NCBI GenBank assembly: GCA_002937895.1
Contig: PTKV01000010.1
Coordinates: 833 to 64,832, forward strand
DNA: 64,000 nucleotides
DNA from: Alphaproteobacteria bacterium MarineAlpha5_Bin9
GTDB taxonomy: Bacteria > Pseudomonadota > Alphaproteobacteria > HIMB59 > GCA-002718135
Direction: 5' to 3'
The notes beneath the pieces are model-generated. The model saw only the letters and a program-made list of their open reading frames with translations. It did not search any database and was not told where the DNA came from. This document shows, piece by piece, positions 52,350-61,658 of this stretch. The position numbers and the translations under genes are program-made. Numbering within the stretch: position 1 is the first letter of the stretch; the number at the start of each line of letters is the position of its first letter.

Positions 52350-52436
52350 AAATTTTAGCTGCTAAATCATTATTTATTTGATGTCGAGAAAAAAATTAAA
52401 ATCTGCTATCTATTAATTTAACTTAAATATAAGGGT

Positions 52437-53768
52437 TCATAATCCAAATTTTCTAATAATATGCTTTTTAGTTAATAATGGCATTAAATATTTTAATTCA
52501 GGTCCATAATTTAAGCCAGTCAAAGCAAATCTTATTGGCATATACAATTCTTTTCCTTTTCTATCAGTCTTAATAGATAGATTTTTAGTCCATATGCCCC
52601 ATGAATTTTCATCATAAGGTTCTTCTGGTAAATTTTCAGATGCAGTTGCAAGAAATTCTTTATCATTAGTTTCATGAATTTTTTCATTAAATATTAATTC
52701 CCACCAATATTTTGCATCAGAAATAAATGTAATATTATTTCTCACAAAATTCCAAAATTTTTGATCTAGATTCTCTATATTTAATTTTTTTATCTTATCA
52801 AAAATTTCATTATATTCCATTGATTTAATAAAATCTTTATTTAAATTCTTTAAGATATCCTCGGAATATTTAGCTTGTGAAGAAGTTATGGATTTTATAT
52901 CAAAATTTTTAATTATATCTTCTTCTTCTTTAATTAAACTAATGTTTTTTTTTGTCCCTACTGATAAAATATAATTTAATACTGTTTTATTTTCAAAACC
53001 ATCTTCTTTTAATTTTTTTAATGACAAACTACCTAATCTTTTAGCAAGATTTTTTCCTTTGTTATCGACTAAGAAAGGATGATGTCCAAACTTAGGAACT
53101 TTTGAATTCAACGCTTCAAATAATTGAATATGAAAAGCAGTATTAGAAATATGATCTTCTCCTCTAATTATATGAGTAATTTCCTCTTCAATATCATCTA
53201 TAACTGATGGTAAATGATATAATAAACTATTATCTTCCCTGATTAATATAGGATCACTTAATTTGTTTCCTTCAAATAAAATATTTCCTTTGACTAAATC
53301 ATTCCACATTATTTTTTTATCTTCTAACTTAAATCTCCAATGAGGATTTTTCCCATTTTTAATTTTTTCATCAATTTCTTGTTTTGATAATTTTAAAGCA
53401 GATCTATCATAAATAGGTGGCTTGCCTGAAGATAAAAGAGATTTTCGTTTTAATGAGAGTTCTTCTGGGGATTCAAAACATGGATATATTTTTTTTTCTT
53501 GTTTTAATTGTTCTATTTTTTCAAAATATATTTTTTTTCTATCAGATTGATTAAAAGTTTTATCCCAAGAAATACCTAGCCAATGCAAATCTTCTTTTAT
53601 AAGTGTTTCATGTTCCTTAGTGCTTCTATAAGAATCTGTATCATCAATTCTTAAAATAAAATGTCCACCTATTTGTTTTATAAAAGCCCAATTAATTGCA
53701 GCTGATCTTGCATTACCTAAATGAAGCAAACCAGTTGGGCTAGGAGCAAATCTAGATTTATTTATCAA
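52437..53768 (-). CDS. gltX: Glutamyl-tRNA synthetase
   Basis: Class I aaRS N-terminus RFAPSPTGLLHLGNARSA (HIGH-type). 443 aa with a helical anticodon-binding domain. Confidence 0.9.
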   Translation of the reverse strand: MINKSRFAPSPTGLLHLGNARSAAINWAFIKQIGGHFILRIDDTDSYRSTKEHETLIKEDLHWLGISWDKTFNQSDRKKIYFEKIEQLKQEKKIYPCFESPEELSLKRKSLLSSGKPPIYDRSALKLSKQEIDEKIKNGKNPHWRFKLEDKKIMWNDLVKGNILFEGNKLSDPILIREDNSLLYHLPSVIDDIEEEITHIIRGEDHISNTAFHIQLFEALNSKVPKFGHHPFLVDNKGKNLAKRLGSLSLKKLKEDGFENKTVLNYILSVGTKKNISLIKEEEDIIKNFDIKSITSSQAKYSEDILKNLNKDFIKSMEYNEIFDKIKKLNIENLDQKFWNFVRNNITFISDAKYWWELIFNEKIHETNDKEFLATASENLPEEPYDENSWGIWTKNLSIKTDRKGKELYMPIRFALTGLNYGPELKYLMPLLTKKHIIRKFGL

Positions 53769-54508
53769 TTATCTTCCTTAAATTTACATACTGGAATTGA
53801 CTTCATCTTATGTAGGTTTTTTTTTCTAATAGATTCATATTTTTCATAATATTTACTTAATGGGTTATTCATAGCCTCTTCTATTTGATTATAAGTTAAA
53901 CCCAATTGATCTTCATCATTTCTACTGTCTTCCCATAAACCATCTGTTGGTTCTGCATTAATTATTTCTTTTAATATAAACAATTTTTTCCCTATTTCCC
54001 ATATTTCAGATTTATTGCAGTCAGCAATTGGTGAAATATCAACTCCACCGTCACCATATTTAGTAAAAAAACCAACTCCAAAGTCTTCAACTTTATTACC
54101 CGTTCCGACCACTATACCCTTATTAGATTGAGCAATTTGATAAAGAGTTGTCATTCTTAATCTAGATTTTGAATTAGCTAATGCAAGTAAATTATTATGT
54201 TTATTTAAAGATTTAGTAAACGAATCAAAAACAGAATTTAGATCTATTATAGATGTTGTTACATTAGTAAATTTTGTTTCAAGCCAACTTAAATGTTTAA
54301 TACTTAAATCGTGTTGTGATTTATTTTGTTTAATAGGCATAGAAACAGCAATAGTTTTCATATTTGTTTTTGCACATAATGTGCTTGTTACTGCAGAGTC
54401 TATTCCACCTGAAACACCAATAATTAAAGAAGTTGGTTTATAATCACTATTTTTACAATAACTTTTTATCCATTCTACGATATACTCTATCTTATTTTGA
54501 ATGATCAT
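53765..54508 (-). CDS. nadE: NH3-dependent NAD+ synthetase
   Basis: PP-loop SGGIDSAVT. 247 aa with no glutaminase domain. Confidence 0.88.
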   Translation of the reverse strand: MIIQNKIEYIVEWIKSYCKNSDYKPTSLIIGVSGGIDSAVTSTLCAKTNMKTIAVSMPIKQNKSQHDLSIKHLSWLETKFTNVTTSIIDLNSVFDSFTKSLNKHNNLLALANSKSRLRMTTLYQIAQSNKGIVVGTGNKVEDFGVGFFTKYGDGGVDISPIADCNKSEIWEIGKKLFILKEIINAEPTDGLWEDSRNDEDQLGLTYNQIEEAMNNPLSKYYEKYESIRKKNLHKMKSIPVCKFKEDN

Positions 54509-54529
54509 AAATAATATATAGTAATTATC

Positions 54530-55909
54530 TTATTTATTTGAAGATTTTTTTAAACCAATTTTTTTTTCTTTTAAATAATCAGATAATAAAAAAGAAAGTT
54601 CCAAAGCTTGAGAAGCATTCAATCTTGGATCACAGTATGTATGATACCTACTACTAAGATCTTTTTCTGTTAATTCCTGAACTCCTCCGATACACTCCGT
54701 AACATTTTGGCCAGTCATTTCTAAATGAATACCGCCTGGATAAGAACCTTCAGCTTTATGAATTTGAAAAAACTGCTCTATTTCAGATATCAAATTAGAT
54801 AATGCTCTTGTTTTAAATCCATTTGATGCTTTTATAGTATTGCCATGCATTGGATCACAAGCCCAAACAACTACTTTTCCAGATTTTTCTACTGATGAAA
54901 TAATTTTAGGAAGCTTACTGGCTATTTTATCTGCGCCCATTCTGCATATTAGAGTTATTCTCCCAGGTTTATTTTTTGGATTAATAAAATCTATTATCTC
55001 TAATAATTCATCTATCTTGGTAGTTGGTCCAACTTTAATACCAATAGGATTGCCTATGCCTCTCAAAAATTCTACATGAGCCCCATTTAATTGTCTAGTT
55101 CTATCCCCAACCCAAAGCATATGAGCTGAAACATCATACCAGTTTCCAGTAGTACTATCTATTCTAGTCAAAGCTTGCTCATAAGGAAGTAGAAGAGCTT
55201 CATGACTTGTATAAAAATCTGTTTCACTCATCTGTCTAACATTCTTATCATTAATACCGCAAGCTTCCATAAAAACTAAACATTCATCAATTCTTTTAGC
55301 TATTTCTTGAAATTTTTGTTTGGAAGAGCTATCTTTGATATAACTTAAATTCCACTGGTGAATTTTGTTAAGATTTGCAAATCCACCTTGTGAAAAAGCC
55401 CTTAGTAAATTAAGAGTCGATGCTGATTGATTATAGGCTTTAATTAATCTTTCTGGATTAGGCTTTCTCAGAATTGAATCAAATTTTATATCGTTAATTA
55501 TGTCACCTTTATATGATTCTAATTCTATATTATTTACAATTTCTTTATCTTGAGATCTTGGTTTTGCAAATTGACCTGCCATCCTCCCTATCTTTACTAC
55601 TGGACATGATGCGCCAAAGGTTAATACTATAGCCATTTGCAGAATTACTTTAAAGGAATCCCTAATATTATTTGGATTAAATTCTGAAAAACTTTCAGCA
55701 CAATCACCGCCCTGTAAAAGAAAAGCTTTTCCATTTGATACATCTGCTAGTTGAGATTCTAAATTTCTTACTTCTCCTGCAAATACTAATGGTGGAAATT
55801 GAGAAATTTGATTTAAAACATCATTAAGATGATTTTCATCTTCATACTTAGGCAAATGTTTGGCCTCTTTACTTTTCCAACTATCAGGTTGCCACTTAAT
55901 TTTATTCAT
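54530..55909 (-). CDS. 3-deoxy-7-phosphoheptulonate (DAHP) synthase, class II
   Basis: 459 aa with a class II-type N-terminus ([17 protein letters not shown]), plus [12 protein letters not shown], the [10 protein letters not shown]-like region, and CDPMHGN. Confidence 0.9.
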   Translation of the reverse strand: MNKIKWQPDSWKSKEAKHLPKYEDENHLNDVLNQISQFPPLVFAGEVRNLESQLADVSNGKAFLLQGGDCAESFSEFNPNNIRDSFKVILQMAIVLTFGASCPVVKIGRMAGQFAKPRSQDKEIVNNIELESYKGDIINDIKFDSILRKPNPERLIKAYNQSASTLNLLRAFSQGGFANLNKIHQWNLSYIKDSSSKQKFQEIAKRIDECLVFMEACGINDKNVRQMSETDFYTSHEALLLPYEQALTRIDSTTGNWYDVSAHMLWVGDRTRQLNGAHVEFLRGIGNPIGIKVGPTTKIDELLEIIDFINPKNKPGRITLICRMGADKIASKLPKIISSVEKSGKVVVWACDPMHGNTIKASNGFKTRALSNLISEIEQFFQIHKAEGSYPGGIHLEMTGQNVTECIGGVQELTEKDLSSRYHTYCDPRLNASQALELSFLLSDYLKEKKIGLKKSSNK

Positions 55910-55953
55910 GCGGGGCTATTAGACCTTCTTTTTTTGTGAAACAAGCTAAAATA

Positions 55954-57255
55954 TCAATATTTTTTATTTTTTTTTAAATTTTTTTGATTTGCCCTAGAAA
56001 CAGCTAAATTATTAGAAGGAACGTTTTTAGTTATAATACTTCCTGCTCCAATAGTGCTGTTTTTTTCTATAATTACAGGAGCTATCAAGGATGAGTTTGA
56101 ACCTATAAACACATTATTTTTTATTATCGTTTTATTTTTTTTCTTTCCATCATAATTACAAGTAATAGTTCCTGCACCTATATTAACCTTTTGACCAATA
56201 TAACTGTCGCCAATATAACTAAGATGACTTATAGAAGTAGAATTATCTATTTTTGAGTTTTTAACCTCAACATAATTTCCTATCTTAACATTTTTTCCTA
56301 TTTTTGTATCTGGTCGTATTCTTGCTGATGGACCTATAATAGACTTTTCATCAATTTCACACCCCTCTAAATTACTGTGACTTTTGATTAATACTCTACT
56401 CTTAATATTTACACCTTTTTTAATCACTACAAAAGGCTCAATAATTGAATCTCTACCAATTTTTGTATCATAGCTTACCCTTACAGTTTCAGGTTGTAAA
56501 ATTGTGACACCATTATTTATTAATTTAGATTTTAGCTGATCTTGCAATATTCTATCTAAATTAATTAATTGATCCCTTGAATTGACACCATGTAGTTCGT
56601 TTTCACTACACATATGATAGTTAAATGGTAATTTTTTCGAATATGCTATTTCAAAAATATCAGTTATGGATTTTTCTTTTTTAATAGTTTTATATTTAAT
56701 GTTTTTAACGTTATCAAATAAAAACTTATTGTCTACAATCATTATTCCTGAATTACATAAATTAATTTTTTTAATTTTGTTATTAGCTTCTTTTTCTTCA
56801 GTAATTTTTTTTACATATTTATTTGCTGTTTCAATTCTACCATATCCTTTAGGTTTATTTGTTATAAAAGCTAATAAAGATCCAGATAATCTAGTGTTAT
56901 TATAATTTTTAATTAACTTATTTATTGTTGATATTTTTATTAATGGAGCATCACCAAACAAAATAAGAATTTTTTTATAATTTCTTACTTTAGATTTAGC
57001 TGAAAAAATTGCTCCGGCTGTTCCATCTTGTTTTTTTTGAATAACAAGATTTGCTTCAGGTAATAAATTTCTTAATTCATCATGAATATTTTTATTACAA
57101 ACAATAAAAACATTTTTGTTTGAAATTTTTTGTCCTATCTCATACACATATTCAATCAAAGATCTTTCAGCTAAATGATGAAAAATTTTTGACTTAGCAC
57201 TTTTGATTCTGCTACTTTTCCCTGCAGCTAATATGATTGTTGCGATTTTGCTCAT
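55954..57255 (-). CDS. glmU: Bifunctional UDP-N-acetylglucosamine pyrophosphorylase / GlcN-1-P acetyltransferase
   Basis: N-terminal nucleotidyltransferase motif LAAGKSSR and a C-terminal left-handed beta-helix of hexapeptide repeats. Confidence 0.9.
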   Translation of the reverse strand: MSKIATIILAAGKSSRIKSAKSKIFHHLAERSLIEYVYEIGQKISNKNVFIVCNKNIHDELRNLLPEANLVIQKKQDGTAGAIFSAKSKVRNYKKILILFGDAPLIKISTINKLIKNYNNTRLSGSLLAFITNKPKGYGRIETANKYVKKITEEKEANNKIKKINLCNSGIMIVDNKFLFDNVKNIKYKTIKKEKSITDIFEIAYSKKLPFNYHMCSENELHGVNSRDQLINLDRILQDQLKSKLINNGVTILQPETVRVSYDTKIGRDSIIEPFVVIKKGVNIKSRVLIKSHSNLEGCEIDEKSIIGPSARIRPDTKIGKNVKIGNYVEVKNSKIDNSTSISHLSYIGDSYIGQKVNIGAGTITCNYDGKKKNKTIIKNNVFIGSNSSLIAPVIIEKNSTIGAGSIITKNVPSNNLAVSRANQKNLKKNKKY

Positions 57256-57286
57256 TTTGTATTTCTATTCTTAAATATAGACTTTT

Positions 57287-57919
57287 TTATGTATTTCTAA
57301 TTATTTCATTCCCTAAATTAATAATTTCCCTAGATGTAACTGATTTTATGCTCAAATCTATAACACCTCTACCAGCATTAAATGTTTCAGCATAAATAAT
57401 TTTACTTGAAATTCTTGATCTAGAAATTTTAGCACCTGCATATCTTAATCTTAAAACCATAGCTTCTGTTAATTTAACTCTTGGAAGAACTCTATTCATA
57501 ATAACATTTGTTTTCTTTTTTTCTTTTTTTGCAATATTTAAGAAAGGTATGGTAGCCATTAAATCTAAAGGGCTTGGCTGGACAGGAACACAAATAAGAT
57601 CTGAGGATTTAATAATTTGAATTGTGTCATATGTTATTGAGGGTGGACTATCAACAATAACAAAATCAAAACTCTTTTTAATTAATTTAATACTTTCAGA
57701 AAAATCTGTTGAATTAAATTCAAATATCGAAAAGCCAATATCGTCATCTCCATAATATTTTTTTCTTGCATCAATCCAATTGGTTAGACTTTTTTGAGAA
57801 TCTGCATCTATTACTGCAACTTTATAATTACTATTACTCCATAAAACTGACAAATTAGCGGATAAAGTAGTTTTTCCAGATCCACCTTTTTGATTAGATA
57901 ATGAAATAATTTTTCCCAT
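57287..57919 (-). CDS. Small ParA/ParF-like (deviant Walker A) ATPase, orphan
   Basis: 210 aa with a deviant Walker A NQKGGSGKTT (signature Lys present) and Walker B-like FVIVDSPP. No ParB/ParG-like or other small partner gene on either side. Confidence 0.8.
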   Translation of the reverse strand: MGKIISLSNQKGGSGKTTLSANLSVLWSNSNYKVAVIDADSQKSLTNWIDARKKYYGDDDIGFSIFEFNSTDFSESIKLIKKSFDFVIVDSPPSITYDTIQIIKSSDLICVPVQPSPLDLMATIPFLNIAKKEKKKTNVIMNRVLPRVKLTEAMVLRLRYAGAKISRSRISSKIIYAETFNAGRGVIDLSIKSVTSREIINLGNEIIRNT

Positions 57920-57969
57920 AATTAAATATGTATAGTATTAAATCTTTAAAATAAATAATTTATTTTTAG

Positions 57970-58911
57970 ATGATGAAAAAAAACTTGCAAATAAATATTA
58001 ATAAAGCCGTAAAAAAGCTATTTAATGGAGATTTGTTAATTTTTCCTACTGAAACTGTATATGGAATTGGAGCTGATGCGACTAACAATAAAGCTGTAAA
58101 TAAAATATTTAAAATAAAAAGAAGACCAACTAAAAATCCTATAATATGTCATTTTTGGAGTATGAAACAATTAAATAATTATGTAATATTAAATAAAAAA
58201 GCAATAAAATTAGGAAAAAAATTTTGGCCTGGTCCATTAACAATAATTCTCGAAAAGAAAAAAAATAGTTTAATTTCTAAAAATGTTTCAAATTATAAAT
58301 ATATTGGATGTAGAATTCCAAATAATAAAATAACTATAAATATTCTAAAAAAATTTAACAAACCTGTTGCTGCTCCTAGTGCAAATATTTCATCGAAATT
58401 AAGTATTACTAATATTAATCAAATAGATAAAATAATGAAAAAAAATACTTTTATAATTAACGATGGATTAAGTACTTTAGGTCTAGAATCAACTGTTATA
58501 AGTTTAAAAAATAATAAACCTAAACTTCTAAGATTAGGAAGTTTAGAAATAAAAAAAATTAAGAAACTATTACCTGATTTAGTTATCAAATCTAAAAAAT
58601 CTAAATTAATTCTTTCCCCTGGACAAAACTTCAAGCATTACTCTCCAAATACTCCTATAAGAATAAATATAAAAACAGTTAAAAAAAATGAAGTTTTGTT
58701 AAATTTTGGCAAAAACAAGCTAAAATCATCTATAAAAGAATTAAATTTAAGCCCTAATTCTAATTTAAAAGAAGCTGCCAAAAATTTTTTTAAATTTTTA
58801 CATATCTTAGATAATAAGAATTATAAATGTATAGCCGTAGCTCCTATTCCTAATAATGGTTTAGGGTTAACAATTAATGATAGACTTAAAAGAGCTAAAA
58901 AAATTAAATAA
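57970..58911 (+). CDS. tsaC: L-threonylcarbamoyladenylate synthase (Sua5/TsaC, two-domain form)
   Basis: YrdC-domain motifs FPTETVYGIGADA, KRRPTKNPI and SANIS, plus a C-terminal Sua5 domain. 313 aa. Confidence 0.85.
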   Translation: MMKKNLQININKAVKKLFNGDLLIFPTETVYGIGADATNNKAVNKIFKIKRRPTKNPIICHFWSMKQLNNYVILNKKAIKLGKKFWPGPLTIILEKKKNSLISKNVSNYKYIGCRIPNNKITINILKKFNKPVAAPSANISSKLSITNINQIDKIMKKNTFIINDGLSTLGLESTVISLKNNKPKLLRLGSLEIKKIKKLLPDLVIKSKKSKLILSPGQNFKHYSPNTPIRINIKTVKKNEVLLNFGKNKLKSSIKELNLSPNSNLKEAAKNFFKFLHILDNKNYKCIAVAPIPNNGLGLTINDRLKRAKKIK

Positions 58912-60217
58912 TATCTCTAATTTTATAATATCCGATTGCAGCAGCATAAATAGGTCTTCTTAGAAAATCTCCTCCAAATATTGTTAAATGATTAATATCT
59001 CTAAAGAAATTAAATCTTTCAGGATTTCCTGATATTTTTTCTGAAATTAATTTACCTGCAAGATTACTTAATCCTATTCCATGACCAGAATAACCATGAC
59101 AAAAAATGAGCTTATCATTTAATAAAGTTCCAAAATGTGGGAGTCTATTCACAGTTATTGCTAAGGTTCCACCCCAAGCAAAATCAATATTATATTCTTT
59201 TAAATTAGGAAAAATTTTATACATTCTATTTGAAACAATTTTTATAGGATCATGTAAAAAATTTGATGTGAAAGTTTCTCCACCTCCAAATAACATTCTC
59301 CAATCTTCAGAGAATCTATAATAATCTATTATAAAACGAGTATCACATACTGCATAATTATTTCTTATTATTTCTTCTGCTTTTTTTTGTCCTAAAGGTT
59401 CAGTAGCAATAATGTAATTATTTATTGGCATAAATTTATTTCTTATTTTTCCTAACAATGCATCAAGATAACCATTACAACCACAAACAACATAATTAGC
59501 TGTAACTTTACCTTTATCTGTTTTAACAACCAATTTATCTGCAAATTCTTCAATATCTAAAGCATGAGAATTTTCAAAAATATTTTTATTTAAAGATTTT
59601 AATTTTTTACTTAAACCTAAAAGATATTTTAAAGGATTTAAATGATATGAAATATTATTTAATAAACCTGAATAATATTTATTAGTATTTATCTCTTCTT
59701 TAATTTCTGTTAAATTAAACAACTTATATTCATTAAAATTGTATTTTTTGGACGAATGTTCAATTAAATTTGAAAAATACCTATAATCTTCTTTAAAATA
59801 TCCTGCTGACATAACACCATTTACTATAGAGCAATCAATATTATAGTCCTTAATATTTTTTAAAACTTCTTGGACAGACTCTAAACTTAAATTCCATAGT
59901 TCCTTTGCATGATCAAATCCTAATATATTTTCTATAATTGATTGATCTTTTCTTAAGCCACATGTCAACTGTCCTCCGTTTCGTCCTGATGCTCCCCAAC
60001 CAATTTTTCTTGCTTCTAGTAAAGCTACTTTATATCCTTTTTTTTCTAAGTGTAGTGCGGCAGATACACCAGTAAAACCTCCTCCTATAACACACACATC
60101 AACTTGCAAATTACTCTGCAGTTCTATTGATTCATCATTTGCTTCTATCGAATATTTATAATAACTTTTTTTTTCATTATCATGTTGTTCAAAAGTATTT
60201 TTTTTGTTATTAAACAT
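58904..60217 (-). CDS. FAD-dependent amine oxidoreductase (DAO family, PuuB/PauB-like)
   Basis: Dinucleotide fold VCVIGGGFTGVSAAL followed by GWGASGRNGG, as in gamma-glutamylputrescine-oxidase-type enzymes. Divergent from a GS-like ligase. Confidence 0.7.
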   Translation of the reverse strand: MFNNKKNTFEQHDNEKKSYYKYSIEANDESIELQSNLQVDVCVIGGGFTGVSAALHLEKKGYKVALLEARKIGWGASGRNGGQLTCGLRKDQSIIENILGFDHAKELWNLSLESVQEVLKNIKDYNIDCSIVNGVMSAGYFKEDYRYFSNLIEHSSKKYNFNEYKLFNLTEIKEEINTNKYYSGLLNNISYHLNPLKYLLGLSKKLKSLNKNIFENSHALDIEEFADKLVVKTDKGKVTANYVVCGCNGYLDALLGKIRNKFMPINNYIIATEPLGQKKAEEIIRNNYAVCDTRFIIDYYRFSEDWRMLFGGGETFTSNFLHDPIKIVSNRMYKIFPNLKEYNIDFAWGGTLAITVNRLPHFGTLLNDKLIFCHGYSGHGIGLSNLAGKLISEKISGNPERFNFFRDINHLTIFGGDFLRRPIYAAAIGYYKIRDII

Positions 60218-60293
60218 ATTGTTTCAATGAATTCATTCAGCAAATATATTATATAGCATATATTTTTTTAAATGTTTTTCATCAATTTTTATA

Positions 60294-61658
60294 ATGATTT
60301 CTAAATTTAATAAATGGCTAAAAAAAAATAATATTACTGAAGTAGAATGTTTAGTTCCTGATCTTGGTGGTATTGCAAGGGGAAAAATTTTACCAACTAA
60401 CAAATTTGTAAAAGGTCTACTAAATGATAGTCATCGAATACCTCAATCTATATTTATTCAAACAATATCAGGGGAATATGCTACAGAAGATGAAGAAGGC
60501 TTACCTGATGAGATTTATAATCCAACAGATATTGATGTAATCCTAAGACCTGATTTTAATACGATAAGAAAAGTGCCATGGTATGAAGATCCAACTGCTC
60601 AAGTTATATGTGATGCTGTATCTCTTAATAATAATCCAATAAGTAACTCAAGCAGATATGTATTAAAAAAAATTTTAAAGCTTTATTCGAATTTAAAATT
60701 AACTCCTTTAGTTTCTCCTGAGCTAGAATTTTATTTAGTTAAACCCAATCCGGACTCAGATTATCCTTTAGAGGTGCCTATTGGTCAATCAGGAAGACAA
60801 GAAAGTGGCAAACAATCTTTTGGCATTGATGCTGTAAATGAATTTGATCCATTATTTGAAGATTTATATAATTTTTGTGAAAATCAAAAAATAGAAATTG
60901 ACACTATAAATCACGAAAGTGGTTCAGCTCAAATGGAAGTAAATTTTGAATATGGAAATCCTTTAGAATTAGCTGATCAGGTATTTTTATTTAAAAGAAC
61001 TTTAAGACAAACTGCATTAAAACATAAGTTGTATGCAACTTTCATGGCTAAGCCAATGGGAAATCAACCAGGTAGCTCAATGCACTTACATCAATCTCTT
61101 TATAATAATAGAAACAGAAATATTTTCTTTGAAAAAAATGGATTGATCTCTAATGATATGAAATATTATATTGGTGGTCTTCAAGAGTTTACTCCCAAAC
61201 TTATGCCTATATTGGCTCCCAATGTTAACTCTTACAAAAGACTTTTTGCTACATGGGATGCCCCAAGAAATACTATGTGGGGAATCGGAAATCGTACCTG
61301 CGGATTTAGAATTCCTTCTATTGAAGAGAAAAATATGAGAATAGAAAATCGTATTGCCGGTTCAGATACTAATCCTTATCTTGTTATTGCTGCAAATTTA
61401 GCTTCAGGCTTACTTGGGATCCAAAAAAGGATTAAACCTACAGAACAAACAAAAAAGGCTATGTATGGTGAAAAATCTAGTTCACTCCCTAAAAATATGG
61501 ACCAAGCTATTTTATTATTTGAAAAAAACTTAGATCTAAAAAATATTTTTGGACAAAAATTCATTAAAACAATTTCAGCTATAAGAAGAGTAGAATATCA
61601 AGCTTACTTAAAAGTAATCAGCTCTTGGGAGAGAGAATTTTTATTATTAAATGTTTAG
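60294..61658 (+). CDS. Glutamine synthetase-family gamma-glutamyl-amine ligase (PuuA/PauA/GmaS-like)
   Basis: 454 aa with a GS beta-grasp N-domain (VECLVPDLGGIARGKILP) and catalytic-domain motifs (ELEFYL, NHESGSAQMEVNF, GSSMHLHQSL, RIENRIAGSDTNPYL). Substrate cannot be assigned by eye. Confidence 0.7.
   Translation: MISKFNKWLKKNNITEVECLVPDLGGIARGKILPTNKFVKGLLNDSHRIPQSIFIQTISGEYATEDEEGLPDEIYNPTDIDVILRPDFNTIRKVPWYEDPTAQVICDAVSLNNNPISNSSRYVLKKILKLYSNLKLTPLVSPELEFYLVKPNPDSDYPLEVPIGQSGRQESGKQSFGIDAVNEFDPLFEDLYNFCENQKIEIDTINHESGSAQMEVNFEYGNPLELADQVFLFKRTLRQTALKHKLYATFMAKPMGNQPGSSMHLHQSLYNNRNRNIFFEKNGLISNDMKYYIGGLQEFTPKLMPILAPNVNSYKRLFATWDAPRNTMWGIGNRTCGFRIPSIEEKNMRIENRIAGSDTNPYLVIAANLASGLLGIQKRIKPTEQTKKAMYGEKSSSLPKNMDQAILLFEKNLDLKNIFGQKFIKTISAIRRVEYQAYLKVISSWEREFLLLNV

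Noticed and set aside
52354-52370. Two features just upstream of the cimA-type gene: the palindrome TTTAGC-T-GCTAAA, and on the minus strand a mini-ORF ATG-ATT-TAG (Met-Ile-stop). The mini-ORF is tempting as an Ile-sensing leader for an isoleucine-pathway gene. A CTGCTA hexamer also recurs 44 nt away.
   Set aside because: A one-Ile mini-ORF cannot work as a classical attenuation leader, and no terminator/antiterminator pair follows it. A palindrome with a 1-nt spacer cannot form an RNA hairpin, and its length is within chance expectation. It could be revisited if conserved in orthologous leaders.
400-61564. Sixteen short ORFs (60-102 aa) in the supplied track: 400-606, 8896-9078, 20799-21038, 32597-32845, 33200-33403, 35498-35806, 37008-37226, 37965-38150, 42222-42425, 42977-43279, 48083-48313, 54840-55079, 56666-56905, 58419-58634, 59106-59321 and 61376-61564.
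   Set aside because: Each lies antisense to, or out of frame within, a long well-supported gene with clear family motifs. Their translations are low-complexity Phe/Leu/Ile/Ser/Lys strings, as expected from the complement of AT-rich coding DNA. There are no start-site signals and no free space for them.
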